Assembly: GCA_964248365.1 (NCBI GenBank)
Contig: CAXTYC010000006.1
Coordinates: forward strand, 96,001 to 160,000
DNA: 64,000 bases
Direction of reading: 5' to 3'
DNA from: an uncultured Chroococcidiopsis sp.
GTDB lineage: Bacteria > Cyanobacteriota > Cyanobacteriia > Cyanobacteriales > Chroococcidiopsidaceae
Below, piece after piece: positions 52,436-61,645 of the stretch. Numbering within the stretch: position 1 is the stretch's first letter; the number at the start of each line of letters is the position of its first letter. The notes below the pieces were generated by a model. It worked only from the letters and a program-made list of their open reading frames with translations. It made no database searches and was not told the origin of the DNA. The position numbers were made by a program, and so were the translations under genes.

Positions 52436-54154
52436 ATGTCCTCCGCTGACTCTGGACGTTATCAAAGCAGACTCTTTAATTTTGTTTACAAGCAATCGCG
52501 CCGATTTACAAGGTCTTGCGATCGCGCATGGCGCAATATTCAAATCACTGCCAGTTGGGTTGCAGCTGTAGGGCTATATCCGCTCTTGCTACTGTTTGAG
52601 TCAACTCGTTCAACCGCCAATCAAATACATCAAGCTGTGCAACAAACCTTACCCCAGTTACCAGCACCTCAAACCGATCCCGAACCCTCTTCTGTTGATA
52701 CACCCATACAGCAAGTACTGCTTAGCATCGATGCTTTGTCATCCCAGCACATCATTTCCCCATCAGGAGAGAGCAGGGAGGCAGGGGGCGCAAGGAGCAC
52801 AGGAGCAGAGGAGCAGAGTTGCCCAGGGGCAAGGGAGAGTGTAGAGCCGAATTCTTCCCTAGCCCCCAGCCCCCAGCCTCCAGCCCCTCTAAGCTCAATT
52901 CAGGGAATAGCGACACAGCTATCGAGTCAGACATTGGTACTTGTGACAGATCACAATGAAATTCTCGACATTTTGACTTCGACGCAGCAGGAAAAATTAC
53001 AAGCGCAAATTATTACCGCAGTAGCTGACGAGGGGCGCTACCAGCGGCTAGCGTGGGGGGGCGGTAGAGGTACTTTAGGTGCGACAGAGAATTATCAACT
53101 ACCGTACGGGCGGGTTATCAGACATACTTGTGAGGCGCAAGATAACTCGTTTAAACCCGTCCCTACCAATTACCAACTACCAAACCTAGTACTAGGCTTT
53201 TTAGATCGCACTATTGCTGTTGTGGAATCAAATCATGTAGTGCCAGTAAAATCATTAGCGATCGCACTTTTTAGCACGAACTCTCGTGATGGGCTTGTGG
53301 GGCGGATACAAACTGGGTTGGCTGTCTTATCCAAAGGCAAATGGGTGGCAAAAGATCCTAATGGTAGTTCTACCACCGATACAATTAGGATTCAAGCTCT
53401 GATTAAGGCAGCAATTGACTACTTTTTTGGGACTCGCACACAAGAGCCTCTCGAACAAACTACACCGAAATCCGATTTTAGCCACAGACTCCGCCCTAAC
53501 TGGGAGACAGCACAAAGAAATCACCCATCTCTAAACTCAACAAATTCTCAAACCCAAGCCAAACAACTAAAAGGGCGTTATAGGGCGGCTAAATTGTCCG
53601 TTGCTAAGTCGTCTTCCGCCCATCTGTGTCTCGGTTCCCAGTCAGTTAACCCAGGTATAGAAGATCCTTGGCTGTGCGAAAGCGATTTGTTTGGTGAGTC
53701 GGTTACAAGTGAAAAATTAACTGGGTATCAACCCAATCAGTTAAAGCCTAAAGCCAAGATATCTGGAAGTAGAAAAAGTTTGGTGGAGAAAGCAAGAGAA
53801 TATTCTTTGGGTAACTTAGTCAATATCCGTAAATTTTTGCTCCAACCAAAACCAGCATCTGAGATAGTAAAACGGCAAAATATCAATAATGGCTTCTTAG
53901 TAGCAGGAATTAGCACTAAACAATCTCCGCCTCTATTTAAATCACCTCGACAAGATACAGCAGGTGAAATATTCGCTTCTTCCAGCAATACCAACACTCA
54001 GATTCAGCCAGCACCTGACTGGATTGAAACGGATGCGACGGCGATGGGTTATGTCAAACACCCATTAGAGCAATTACTAGCATGGCTTGACCGAGCTATG
54101 CTCTGGCTAGAAGAGATTTTGCTCAAAATTTGGCAGTGGCTTATGAGGGGCTAG
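52436..54154 (+). CDS. Hypothetical protein with ordered termini and a repeat-invaded middle
   Basis: SGRYQSRLFNFV N-terminus and DWIETDATAMGYVKHPLEQLLAWLD C-terminus; 572 aa open frame. Confidence 0.7.
   Translation: MSSADSGRYQSRLFNFVYKQSRRFTRSCDRAWRNIQITASWVAAVGLYPLLLLFESTRSTANQIHQAVQQTLPQLPAPQTDPEPSSVDTPIQQVLLSIDALSSQHIISPSGESREAGGARSTGAEEQSCPGARESVEPNSSLAPSPQPPAPLSSIQGIATQLSSQTLVLVTDHNEILDILTSTQQEKLQAQIITAVADEGRYQRLAWGGGRGTLGATENYQLPYGRVIRHTCEAQDNSFKPVPTNYQLPNLVLGFLDRTIAVVESNHVVPVKSLAIALFSTNSRDGLVGRIQTGLAVLSKGKWVAKDPNGSSTTDTIRIQALIKAAIDYFFGTRTQEPLEQTTPKSDFSHRLRPNWETAQRNHPSLNSTNSQTQAKQLKGRYRAAKLSVAKSSSAHLCLGSQSVNPGIEDPWLCESDLFGESVTSEKLTGYQPNQLKPKAKISGSRKSLVEKAREYSLGNLVNIRKFLLQPKPASEIVKRQNINNGFLVAGISTKQSPPLFKSPRQDTAGEIFASSSNTNTQIQPAPDWIETDATAMGYVKHPLEQLLAWLDRAMLWLEEILLKIWQWLMRG
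53104..53166. mobile_element. 63-nt REP-doublet/MITE-like insertion within a CDS
   Basis: Inverted ends GTACGGGCGGGTT ... AAACCCGTCCCTAC, flanked by AATTAYCAACTACC direct repeats. Confidence 0.6.
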
Positions 54155-54346
54155 GGGCTAGGGGCTAGGGACTAGAAGAAAGCAGGGGGAGATGGGGGAT
54201 CTGGGGAAGCTGGGGGAGAAAGAATTCCCTTTACCGCAATACCTCTTTACCCTTTTACCTTTACCCTTTACCCCTCGCCCCTCAAGAGTCACCCCTAGCC
54301 CCTAGCCCCTAGCCTCTAGCCCCTAGCCTCTAGCCTCTAGCCCCTA
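54147..54346. repeat. Composite palindromic STRR element between convergent genes
   Basis: (GGGGCTA)n ... (TAGCCCC/TAGCCTC)n; supplies the TAG stop of the upstream ORF. Confidence 0.85.
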
Positions 54347-54349
54347 GTT

Positions 54350-56773
54350 TCATCTTCTTACTCCATTTACAACAGGTCGCGCCTCAGAGTCAGAGAATGG
54401 ATCGCTACTACCACTCCAGTTGAAATCACTCAGTCGGAAGCTGATGGAACCGATTTCCTGTTGTGGGTTGTAGCGCAGGAAAACGCCGTAGGTGCGACGA
54501 CTATATTCGACAATGTAGTCGGTACTGAGGGTTTGGTTGTTATCTAAGTTGATCGCTGTTTGAATTCCTAGACGCAACCCACCGTAGATTTGCTGAGTTA
54601 ATCCAAATGAAACGATTCTTGTGTCAGCAGCACGATCAAACAAAAAAGGTGATATCCCACTGCGGATGCCTTCGGAATAACTGATACTAAAGCCTGTAAA
54701 GTCTAAAAAAGGGCGAGAGAAATGACCAAATTGCCCTCCTATTCCTACCGTGCCGATTAAAGTGGATTGGTTATCACCATTACTGTAAAAACCGCTTGTG
54801 CCAGTTACTCCGGCATAGGCTGCTACATAGGGAACTACTGGTGCTGGTGTATATTTTAGTCCTTGTGTTGCGGTAGCAGGTAAACCTTTTCCCTGCCATA
54901 GTGCAAAGCCGCGACTAAGTGCAAAAGTGCCTTGAAAGCGACCTAAGGAAGTGCGATTGTTTTGGCGATCGCTAGGTAGTAATTCGGGGCGATCGGTTTC
55001 GGCGTTAATATACTGATATCCTGCTTGATAGCTTAAGTTGATGCCAGTTTTACCCAGAGGAATGACGGGAGAGGTGAGGCTAGCACCAAGACTACTTTGA
55101 ACAGTGCGATAGCCAAGGGTTCCGTTATATATGCGTTCGCGGTAGGTAGCCTCTAGAGCGGCTGTATGAGCGAAACGGCTCCCACCAACAAGCTGCTGTA
55201 GCCGTAGACTTGCTCGCAGGCTGTTTTCAATCTTACTAAAATCAAGACTGGTAAAATTCGCAAAACCTGTGATTGCTGTGCGTTGCCCTAAGTTACCTCT
55301 TAGGTTGCTTACCAAACCAAAAAGATCAGCGGGATTACCACTATTACCTGTCACAGCCTTTTGAACAAAAAACTGGGGTTTGATATTTAGTTGCACTGGC
55401 TCTGAATTAAAGATTGAGAAGCCACGCTCAACAAATAATCCACCTCTGTCTTGACCGTCAAAGCCTACTTGGGCGATTGTGGGGCTAACATCCCGTTGTT
55501 GATTTCGGTCGATGACTGCCTGATCGCGGGGAATTGGTATCGATAGCCCCTGGTCGAACACTAAACGCTGTCGTTTTGTGCGAATGCGATCCCGTCCAGG
55601 TGCTTCCCGCGTTAGCGTGACTGTATCTGCCCTTAACTCCAGTTCTGGCGGTGAGAATGGGTCGTTGGTAATGCGTACATCTTTGGCGATCCAGCCTTGG
55701 GGATAGAAATCTATCGAATTGGCTTGAAAGCGTAGCCTTCTTACTGTTCCGCCTTGTTGCGCGTGGGGGATATTGCTGTTGCCGCTACCACCGAATGTCG
55801 CGTTAATTCCACCTGGACTAGTAACTTGTTGTAATGGTTGATTAGAAGAAAGGCGATCGCTTGGTGGTTGTCTCAATACGCCCCCAGCTGTTACATCAGT
55901 CGCTAAAGTATCAGAAAAATCTGATCCTGTTGTGGGTAAGAAAATGTCTCCTCTGCCACCTTCGATATCCCCACGATTTTGAACAATATTATAAGTAAAC
56001 CGCTGACCCCGCAAAACCTGCTGTCCTCTCGTAAAGGCTACATTGCCCTCACCCACTGCAATCAAATTTGGCAAATTCACTTGCAGGCGATCGGCACCCA
56101 GGAAAGCATCGTCTATTCTTACCACGACGTTACCTTCAGCCGTGACGATCTGGCGTTGGACATCATACTCCTGGCGATCTGAATTAACTTCTACAATTCT
56201 TCTCCTACCTGGTGGAGTGCTAGGAGGCGTTGGCTGAGATTGTTGATTTGGTGGCACGGTTGTAGGTTGTTCCACCGTTGGGGCGCGAAAATCCAGTTCT
56301 ACGGGTCGAGAAGAAGGCGACGGGGATGAATTATTTGAGTCTGTTGTAGGAGCTACTTGGCTAATTAACTGGTCAGTGGCGAGCAAAGAGCTATTAGGGG
56401 CGTGTGGTTTTTCTCCCCCAGCTCCCCCAGCTCCCCCAGATCCCCCTGCTCTATCCTGACGTGGGATCTCGAACGTGAGACTTGGTGCAGCGGCTTGATT
56501 CAAACCAATATCAGTCAAATTTGTGATTTCAAAGTCTGAGACTTGAATGCCCACTGCCATTTCCGAACCCAAAAATGCAGCGCTTTTAGCTGCACCCACA
56601 TTTGCAGCAGCCTCTGGTGATTCGACGAGTGAGGATGAAGAGAGTGAATTGGTAGTTACTGACTGACTAACAATCAAAGGCTGATGTACTCTTTCTCCAC
56701 GAGGGGCAAGAGTCTGAGGCGGTAAGTGTTGAATAATAGCAGGCGGTTCAGGCGGTGGGACTGAGTAAGTCAT
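54350..56773 (-). CDS. DUF3769 / LptD(OstA)-like outer-membrane LPS assembly protein
   Basis: OstA-like VTAEGNVVV..ADRLQVNL, ITNDPFSPPELE, beta-strand-rich C-terminus YSRRTYG..LRYNP. Confidence 0.8.
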   Translation of the reverse strand: MTYSVPPPEPPAIIQHLPPQTLAPRGERVHQPLIVSQSVTTNSLSSSSLVESPEAAANVGAAKSAAFLGSEMAVGIQVSDFEITNLTDIGLNQAAAPSLTFEIPRQDRAGGSGGAGGAGGEKPHAPNSSLLATDQLISQVAPTTDSNNSSPSPSSRPVELDFRAPTVEQPTTVPPNQQSQPTPPSTPPGRRRIVEVNSDRQEYDVQRQIVTAEGNVVVRIDDAFLGADRLQVNLPNLIAVGEGNVAFTRGQQVLRGQRFTYNIVQNRGDIEGGRGDIFLPTTGSDFSDTLATDVTAGGVLRQPPSDRLSSNQPLQQVTSPGGINATFGGSGNSNIPHAQQGGTVRRLRFQANSIDFYPQGWIAKDVRITNDPFSPPELELRADTVTLTREAPGRDRIRTKRQRLVFDQGLSIPIPRDQAVIDRNQQRDVSPTIAQVGFDGQDRGGLFVERGFSIFNSEPVQLNIKPQFFVQKAVTGNSGNPADLFGLVSNLRGNLGQRTAITGFANFTSLDFSKIENSLRASLRLQQLVGGSRFAHTAALEATYRERIYNGTLGYRTVQSSLGASLTSPVIPLGKTGINLSYQAGYQYINAETDRPELLPSDRQNNRTSLGRFQGTFALSRGFALWQGKGLPATATQGLKYTPAPVVPYVAAYAGVTGTSGFYSNGDNQSTLIGTVGIGGQFGHFSRPFLDFTGFSISYSEGIRSGISPFLFDRAADTRIVSFGLTQQIYGGLRLGIQTAINLDNNQTLSTDYIVEYSRRTYGVFLRYNPQQEIGSISFRLSDFNWSGSSDPFSDSEARPVVNGVRR

Positions 56774-56945
56774 ATTTCAGCCTAAGTAGCGAATGAGCTG
56801 GTGCATTAACTCAAACCGCACTGGACAACCACTTTTTGCCCCAAGCGAGCGCGTTGGTTAGCCCAAACGCGCCTTACTTGCACTTGCTGTTTGTGGAAGC
56901 AAGAAAACCTTGGTCTTCCACTGTAAGATGTAGTTCAGTCGTTGC

Positions 56946-57062
56946 TTAATCGAGATCCCGACGACCGGGGTTACGAACTGGATCGTTTGACATAAAGCCA
57001 AAGAAGAATATAGCAACGAAGAAGCCAACGACGATGTATACAGCGATTTTGAGCGTCAGCAT
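56946..57062 (-). CDS. psbI: Photosystem II reaction centre protein I
   Basis: Manual translation [45 protein letters not shown]; below the ORF-track length cutoff. Confidence 0.97.
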   Translation of the reverse strand: MLTLKIAVYIVVGFFVAIFFFGFMSNDPVRNPGRRDLD

Positions 57063-57492
57063 AAAGGGTATCTCCAAGCGGTATGAGAAGCTGAGGGGAT
57101 CTGCAAATAAGTACAGATAACTTTCTTATAATACCTAAATGTTGCTGGATTTGGGTTGCCCGTCAATAAATGGGGTTTCGGGTGGAGTTTCCAACCAAGA
57201 TCGCTATCCTTATCGCTTAAAATCCGATCCCAAACCGAACAGCAAGCAGGGTGAAGCAAGAAATGGAGACAAGTCAGAAGTAGGGGCGGACGATTCTCCC
57301 GTAAAGTAGGGGGCGCTCTTGTTGGGGGCTGGGGGCGTTTAACAGAGCAGGGTTCGCGCTTTGGGAGGCTAAGAATAATTCCAACTTCTGACTTCTGTCT
57401 CCTGACTCCAGTCTCCTGACTTCTGACTACTGACTACTCACTCTTAAGGTACAATCGCCATGAAATAGTCCCAACACCCAAACCCAGAATAC

Positions 57493-58677
57493 CTAATGTA
57501 GTAATTTAGAAGTGGATTTAGAAGCTCTTGCTCTAAGAGTGTCATAGGTATAGCCGTACTTCCTGAAATCCAAAGTGTCCGCAGCTGTAACAATATCATC
57601 TTTTGACAAAGCTGGTAATAAGGATAGCTGATCCCCTGAACCCTGATTTGCTGGAGTAGATTCACCCCCGTCCCAAGGCCACAGTCGGTCGTTGAGATTC
57701 TCTCCATAATGCCCACCTGCGGCAGGATAATAATTGCTACCTGCGTGTCCATCTGATTGCCATTCTGCCCAAAGGCGATCTACATTGGAATGAACCAGCC
57801 AGAATACTGGATCGTTGATAGAACTGGAAAGACTAGCCATTGTACCTAAAGGTTCGGGACGACCTAGGGCAGGGTCAAAAGTAGCCCCACCGACAAAGCC
57901 ATGAAAATAGTTATGCTGAAAGACACCAGGCGTTGGTTGTTGACCCTGGCTATCGAGTTTGATAAATCCTTCTAGGGCTATGCGAAAAGTGTCATAGTCG
58001 TCAACAGCAAGGATTTGATCCACATCTGCTTGAGGAATTGGGTAAATATTGGTAGGAGGTACTTGCATAAAGCGTAAGAGCAACGTACCCAATGATTCCC
58101 CAGATGGTTTAATATGTAAGTCTGGGTTCAAAACCCATCCACTGGTGGCGGAAAAATGACCGCTCTGAACCGGACCCCCTTGAACAGTCCCTAAGTTTGG
58201 AATATTGAGGGTTACTCCTTCACCATTTGGTCCGATAAAGTCGTCTTGAAAGATAACTTTCAATGCTTCAGGGTTTGTCCAATCCCAGTAGGGAAGCGTT
58301 ACGTGTGGGTTAACTGATTGCAACGCTTTTTCAAATCGGTGTATAAATTCACGATGCCACGGCAGCAGTATAGAACTTTCATGCGCTCCATCATGCCCTG
58401 CTGCTGGTCCTTGTGCCTCCTGCGACATTAGCCCCATTGCTGCAACGTGTTGGGCAACAAACTCGTCATAAATATTGGTTTTATGACCTGGTAGAACTGT
58501 GGTCTTTAGGGTCTTGACAGCTTGAACAAATTGTATTATCTCCTGGGGAGTCAGGTCAACAACGTTCTTTCTAACGGCACAATTGTCGGCTGCCCAAACT
58601 AAATTTCCAAATATAATGATGGCAGCAGTTATACAAACAGCTAATAAATTTGTGACAGATTTACGGACACGTTTCAT
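57493..58677 (-). CDS. Tyrosinase family (type-3 copper) protein with signal peptide
   Basis: VRKNVVDLT; CuA H...GAH..LLPWHR; LPYWDW; CuB HNYFH...DPVFWLVHSNVDRLW; N-terminal hydrophobic leader ending VWA. Confidence 0.9.
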   Translation of the reverse strand: MKRVRKSVTNLLAVCITAAIIIFGNLVWAADNCAVRKNVVDLTPQEIIQFVQAVKTLKTTVLPGHKTNIYDEFVAQHVAAMGLMSQEAQGPAAGHDGAHESSILLPWHREFIHRFEKALQSVNPHVTLPYWDWTNPEALKVIFQDDFIGPNGEGVTLNIPNLGTVQGGPVQSGHFSATSGWVLNPDLHIKPSGESLGTLLLRFMQVPPTNIYPIPQADVDQILAVDDYDTFRIALEGFIKLDSQGQQPTPGVFQHNYFHGFVGGATFDPALGRPEPLGTMASLSSSINDPVFWLVHSNVDRLWAEWQSDGHAGSNYYPAAGGHYGENLNDRLWPWDGGESTPANQGSGDQLSLLPALSKDDIVTAADTLDFRKYGYTYDTLRARASKSTSKLLH

Positions 58678-58765
58678 TGTCTTATTTTGGCTCTGGTATC
58701 GTCCCGATTCCAGATTCTCTTAGAAGCGCGTAGAAAAAACAAGTAACATTATTGACAAGATATTG

Positions 58766-59293
58766 ATGAATTTTGCTATTCTTTCCTCTACCTTGGTGCT
58801 AACTTTATTGATGTTGGTTGGGCTGTTTTTCTTCATTCGAGCGTCAACCAAAGACCGCACACAAGAAATTACACTGGTTTGGGAGCAATCCGAAGCTTCC
58901 TTGATGGCTGGGTTGCAACAGTATATGCAACAGCGTTCTTACAAGGTAGCTAGAATAGATGCAGAAAATAACTCTGTTACATTTGAAGGCTTTGTCAGAC
59001 CAAGCGTTTTTCTAGCCGTTTTTCTCACAATGCTAGCCTTAGTGGGAATTCTTTGCCTAGTGCTAGTTTTGTCGCAACTTTTTCCTAGTAGCAGTGGGAT
59101 TTTTCTAAGTTTGGTGTTGTTTTCGCCTGCTGCTGGTGTATTTTACTGGAAAAAAGCCGCTAGAAATGAACTCGTTTCGTTTAAACTAGAAAAGACAAAC
59201 GACCAACAGCAGCGATCGCAACTTACCGTCATTGCTCATCGAGATGAACTAATTCAATTACAGCGATCGCTTCCTTTAAAATCTGCCCAATAA
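58766..59293 (+). CDS. ccb1: Cofactor assembly of complex C subunit B (CCB1, DUF3529)
   Basis: STLVLTLL..VGLFFFIRASTKDR, FEGFVRPS, AHRDELI. Confidence 0.82.
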   Translation: MNFAILSSTLVLTLLMLVGLFFFIRASTKDRTQEITLVWEQSEASLMAGLQQYMQQRSYKVARIDAENNSVTFEGFVRPSVFLAVFLTMLALVGILCLVLVLSQLFPSSSGIFLSLVLFSPAAGVFYWKKAARNELVSFKLEKTNDQQQRSQLTVIAHRDELIQLQRSLPLKSAQ

Positions 59294-59324
59294 TCCTACT
59301 TCAAATCCTTTCAACAGCTTTGAA

Positions 59325-59376
59325 TCGCTGCAATAATATGAGAAAAGTCAATACTTCCCTCATATTATTGCAGCGA
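59325..59376. terminator. 18-bp perfect hairpin between convergent genes
   Basis: TCGCTGCAATAATATGAG-16 nt-CTCATATTATTGCAGCGA. Confidence 0.65.
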
Positions 59377-59449
59377 CTGGCGTGAAAACTTGCGGATGGC
59401 TATAATGCCAACCACTTTAATAATTCTCAACACCTATGCGATCAATTAC

Positions 59450-59761
59450 CTAATGTGCCGCCACAAGTTCCTTCTCTTGCGGGTTTTCTAACACCCGCAG
59501 ACTGGGAAACAAGAAATGGTTTTCCTCGACATACTGCGCGCCAAAAAGTCCCTTCTCTGCCCAGAAATAACGGTCGGTTGTATGTTCGTTCCGTTTAACT
59601 AGTAGCAGTGCTGGTGGTAAAATACCTTCAGCTTGAATAAATTTCCGAGCAGCTGTCACAGGTTTTTCTTCGCCACTTTCGATGCTATATTGAGGCACAT
59701 GCTCGAGGATGCGGCGTCCTTCCTGGCGACGACGACTTTTACGCTTCCGTCTCCTTGCCAA
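59450..59761 (-). CDS. DUF3155 family protein
   Basis: ARRRKRKSRRRQEGRRILE, KPVTAARKFI, NEHTTDRYFWAEKGLFGAQY. Confidence 0.8.
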   Translation of the reverse strand: MARRRKRKSRRRQEGRRILEHVPQYSIESGEEKPVTAARKFIQAEGILPPALLLVKRNEHTTDRYFWAEKGLFGAQYVEENHFLFPSLRVLENPQEKELVAAH

Positions 59762-60184
59762 CCTCTTTCCCTCCTCTGGTAGCTAAAATTTGTATTTATA
59801 TTTACAAAATACGTCGCCAGTATATCGGTTTGAATTAAAAAAATCAACTTATGTTAAGCGTTTGATACAATTTTCAGTTTAAGATTGAAGGATAAGCTCA
59901 GTGGGGTGGTTTTTATTGAATTTTGTATTTTAATCCCCGACAAAATCACACAAATTGTAATTACTAACTTTAGAAATAAAAATATTAAACTTTTGTCTTG
60001 TAAAGTAGTAGAACACAATAAGGGGAAAGGGGAAAGGGGAAAGGGAAAAGGAAAAAGGTGAAAGGGAAAAGGAGACCCACGACCCACGACAGGAGACAAA
60101 ATATTTAATTCTTTCATCTCCCCTGATTCCCACTCTCCCCCTCTCCCCTTGTGCTGCTAGTTAGTACTTCTGTTTTAGAAATAA

Positions 60185-61516
60185 TTGACGTTAATGCCTG
60201 CCAGTTCTGAGTTTATTTCTTTATGTCGTTCGCAAATTGCCTTACTCACCCAAGGATTGGGCGCGGCATTAAGTGTTGTGTATTTAACAGAAAGACTGCT
60301 CGAGGAAGGAAACGCAGGGGATAAGTTAATTCCAGTAGTAGCTTACCCAGAGACAGCAGGAATCTGGGAAGGATCGCCTCGTGCGGGAGCTATACTACCA
60401 GCAACAAAGGATAGAAATATACCTCGACTAACAGAAACACTATCCCAAAAGGCATCTACACCAGATTTATTGCTAGATACAGGGATAGATGGAATACCGC
60501 AGCAGTCAAATCACTCTCTCACGCCAAGTAGGCAAATAGTTTTACCGCTGATGCATGAAGGAGTGTTGATGGGGTTGCTGGTGACAAGTAGGGAAGACAG
60601 AGCATGGAATGAGCAGGAGCGACATGAAATTGAAAGGGTGGCTGAAACTCTGACTTACGCTAGGCTATTAGATCAGCGGCAGAATTGGTTAGAGCAGAAG
60701 CTGAGTCAACAACGGCGACTGCAAGCGCAGCAACGGGATTTGCTCGATAATTTATTGCACCAGTTTCGTAATCCTTTAACAGCTTTGCGGACGTTTGGCA
60801 AACTTCTCCTGAAGCGGTTGCTTCCAGGCGATGCTAACCGCGCCGTAGCAGATAATATTTTGCGAGAGAGCGATCGCTTAACTCAGTTGCTGCAACAATT
60901 TGATCGGGCAATAGATTTGACAGTAGAAGATTTAGACACAATCAAATCCCTGGGCGCACCATCTGTAATGGAGGCGACGGTTAAAACAGTAAGTCCACCA
61001 CTGTCATTGTTACCATCAGCTAGCAGCGATTTATTTGCCGTTGCTGATGTTTTAAAACCACTGTTGGCTTCAGGCGGGGCGATCGCACAGGAACGCAATT
61101 TAGATTTACAAACAGATATTCCCTCCAACTTACCACCAGTGCGAGCAAACGCCAATCAATTACGCGAAGTACTGAGTAATCTAATTGATAACGCTTTGAA
61201 ATACACACCCGCTGGAGGAAAAATTTACATTCAAGCTGGACTAGAGCAAGATAATTTACAGGGAATAGCGATCAGCGACACGGGAGTAGGAATTCCGCCG
61301 CAAGATTTAGAGCATCTGTTTGAACGCCATTACCGAGGTGAAAAAGCTCTTTCAGAAATTCCAGGTACAGGTTTAGGATTAGCGATCGCCAAAGACTTAA
61401 TCGAGCAAATGCAAGGTAAAATTGAAGTTTTCAGCCCAGCTATTTGGCATCCTGATTCAGCCAGTGGAGTTGGAACTACTTTTATTGTCTGGCTGCCACT
61501 AGCCACTGGTGGCTAG
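60185..61516 (+). CDS. GAF sensor histidine kinase, Hik2/CSK-like
   Basis: ASSEF..LCRSQ.ALL N-terminus, LHQFRNPLTA H-box, NLIDNALKYT, GTGLGL. Confidence 0.85.
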   Translation: MTLMPASSEFISLCRSQIALLTQGLGAALSVVYLTERLLEEGNAGDKLIPVVAYPETAGIWEGSPRAGAILPATKDRNIPRLTETLSQKASTPDLLLDTGIDGIPQQSNHSLTPSRQIVLPLMHEGVLMGLLVTSREDRAWNEQERHEIERVAETLTYARLLDQRQNWLEQKLSQQRRLQAQQRDLLDNLLHQFRNPLTALRTFGKLLLKRLLPGDANRAVADNILRESDRLTQLLQQFDRAIDLTVEDLDTIKSLGAPSVMEATVKTVSPPLSLLPSASSDLFAVADVLKPLLASGGAIAQERNLDLQTDIPSNLPPVRANANQLREVLSNLIDNALKYTPAGGKIYIQAGLEQDNLQGIAISDTGVGIPPQDLEHLFERHYRGEKALSEIPGTGLGLAIAKDLIEQMQGKIEVFSPAIWHPDSASGVGTTFIVWLPLATGG

Positions 61517-61645
61517 AAAAAAGCTGGGGGAGCTGGGTGAGCTGGGTGAGCTGAGGGGGTGGGTAATACCATATCCTTGCTTTCAAGTCAAGAAATTTGA
61601 ATGCACTTTCTCCCTTTTGCCTCCTTTTGCCTCCTCTGCTCTCTT

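Noticed and set aside
57493..58677. Absence of HIP1 in the tyrosinase gene as evidence of horizontal transfer
   Set aside because: 1.2 kb is too short; core genes here also have HIP1-free stretches of similar length
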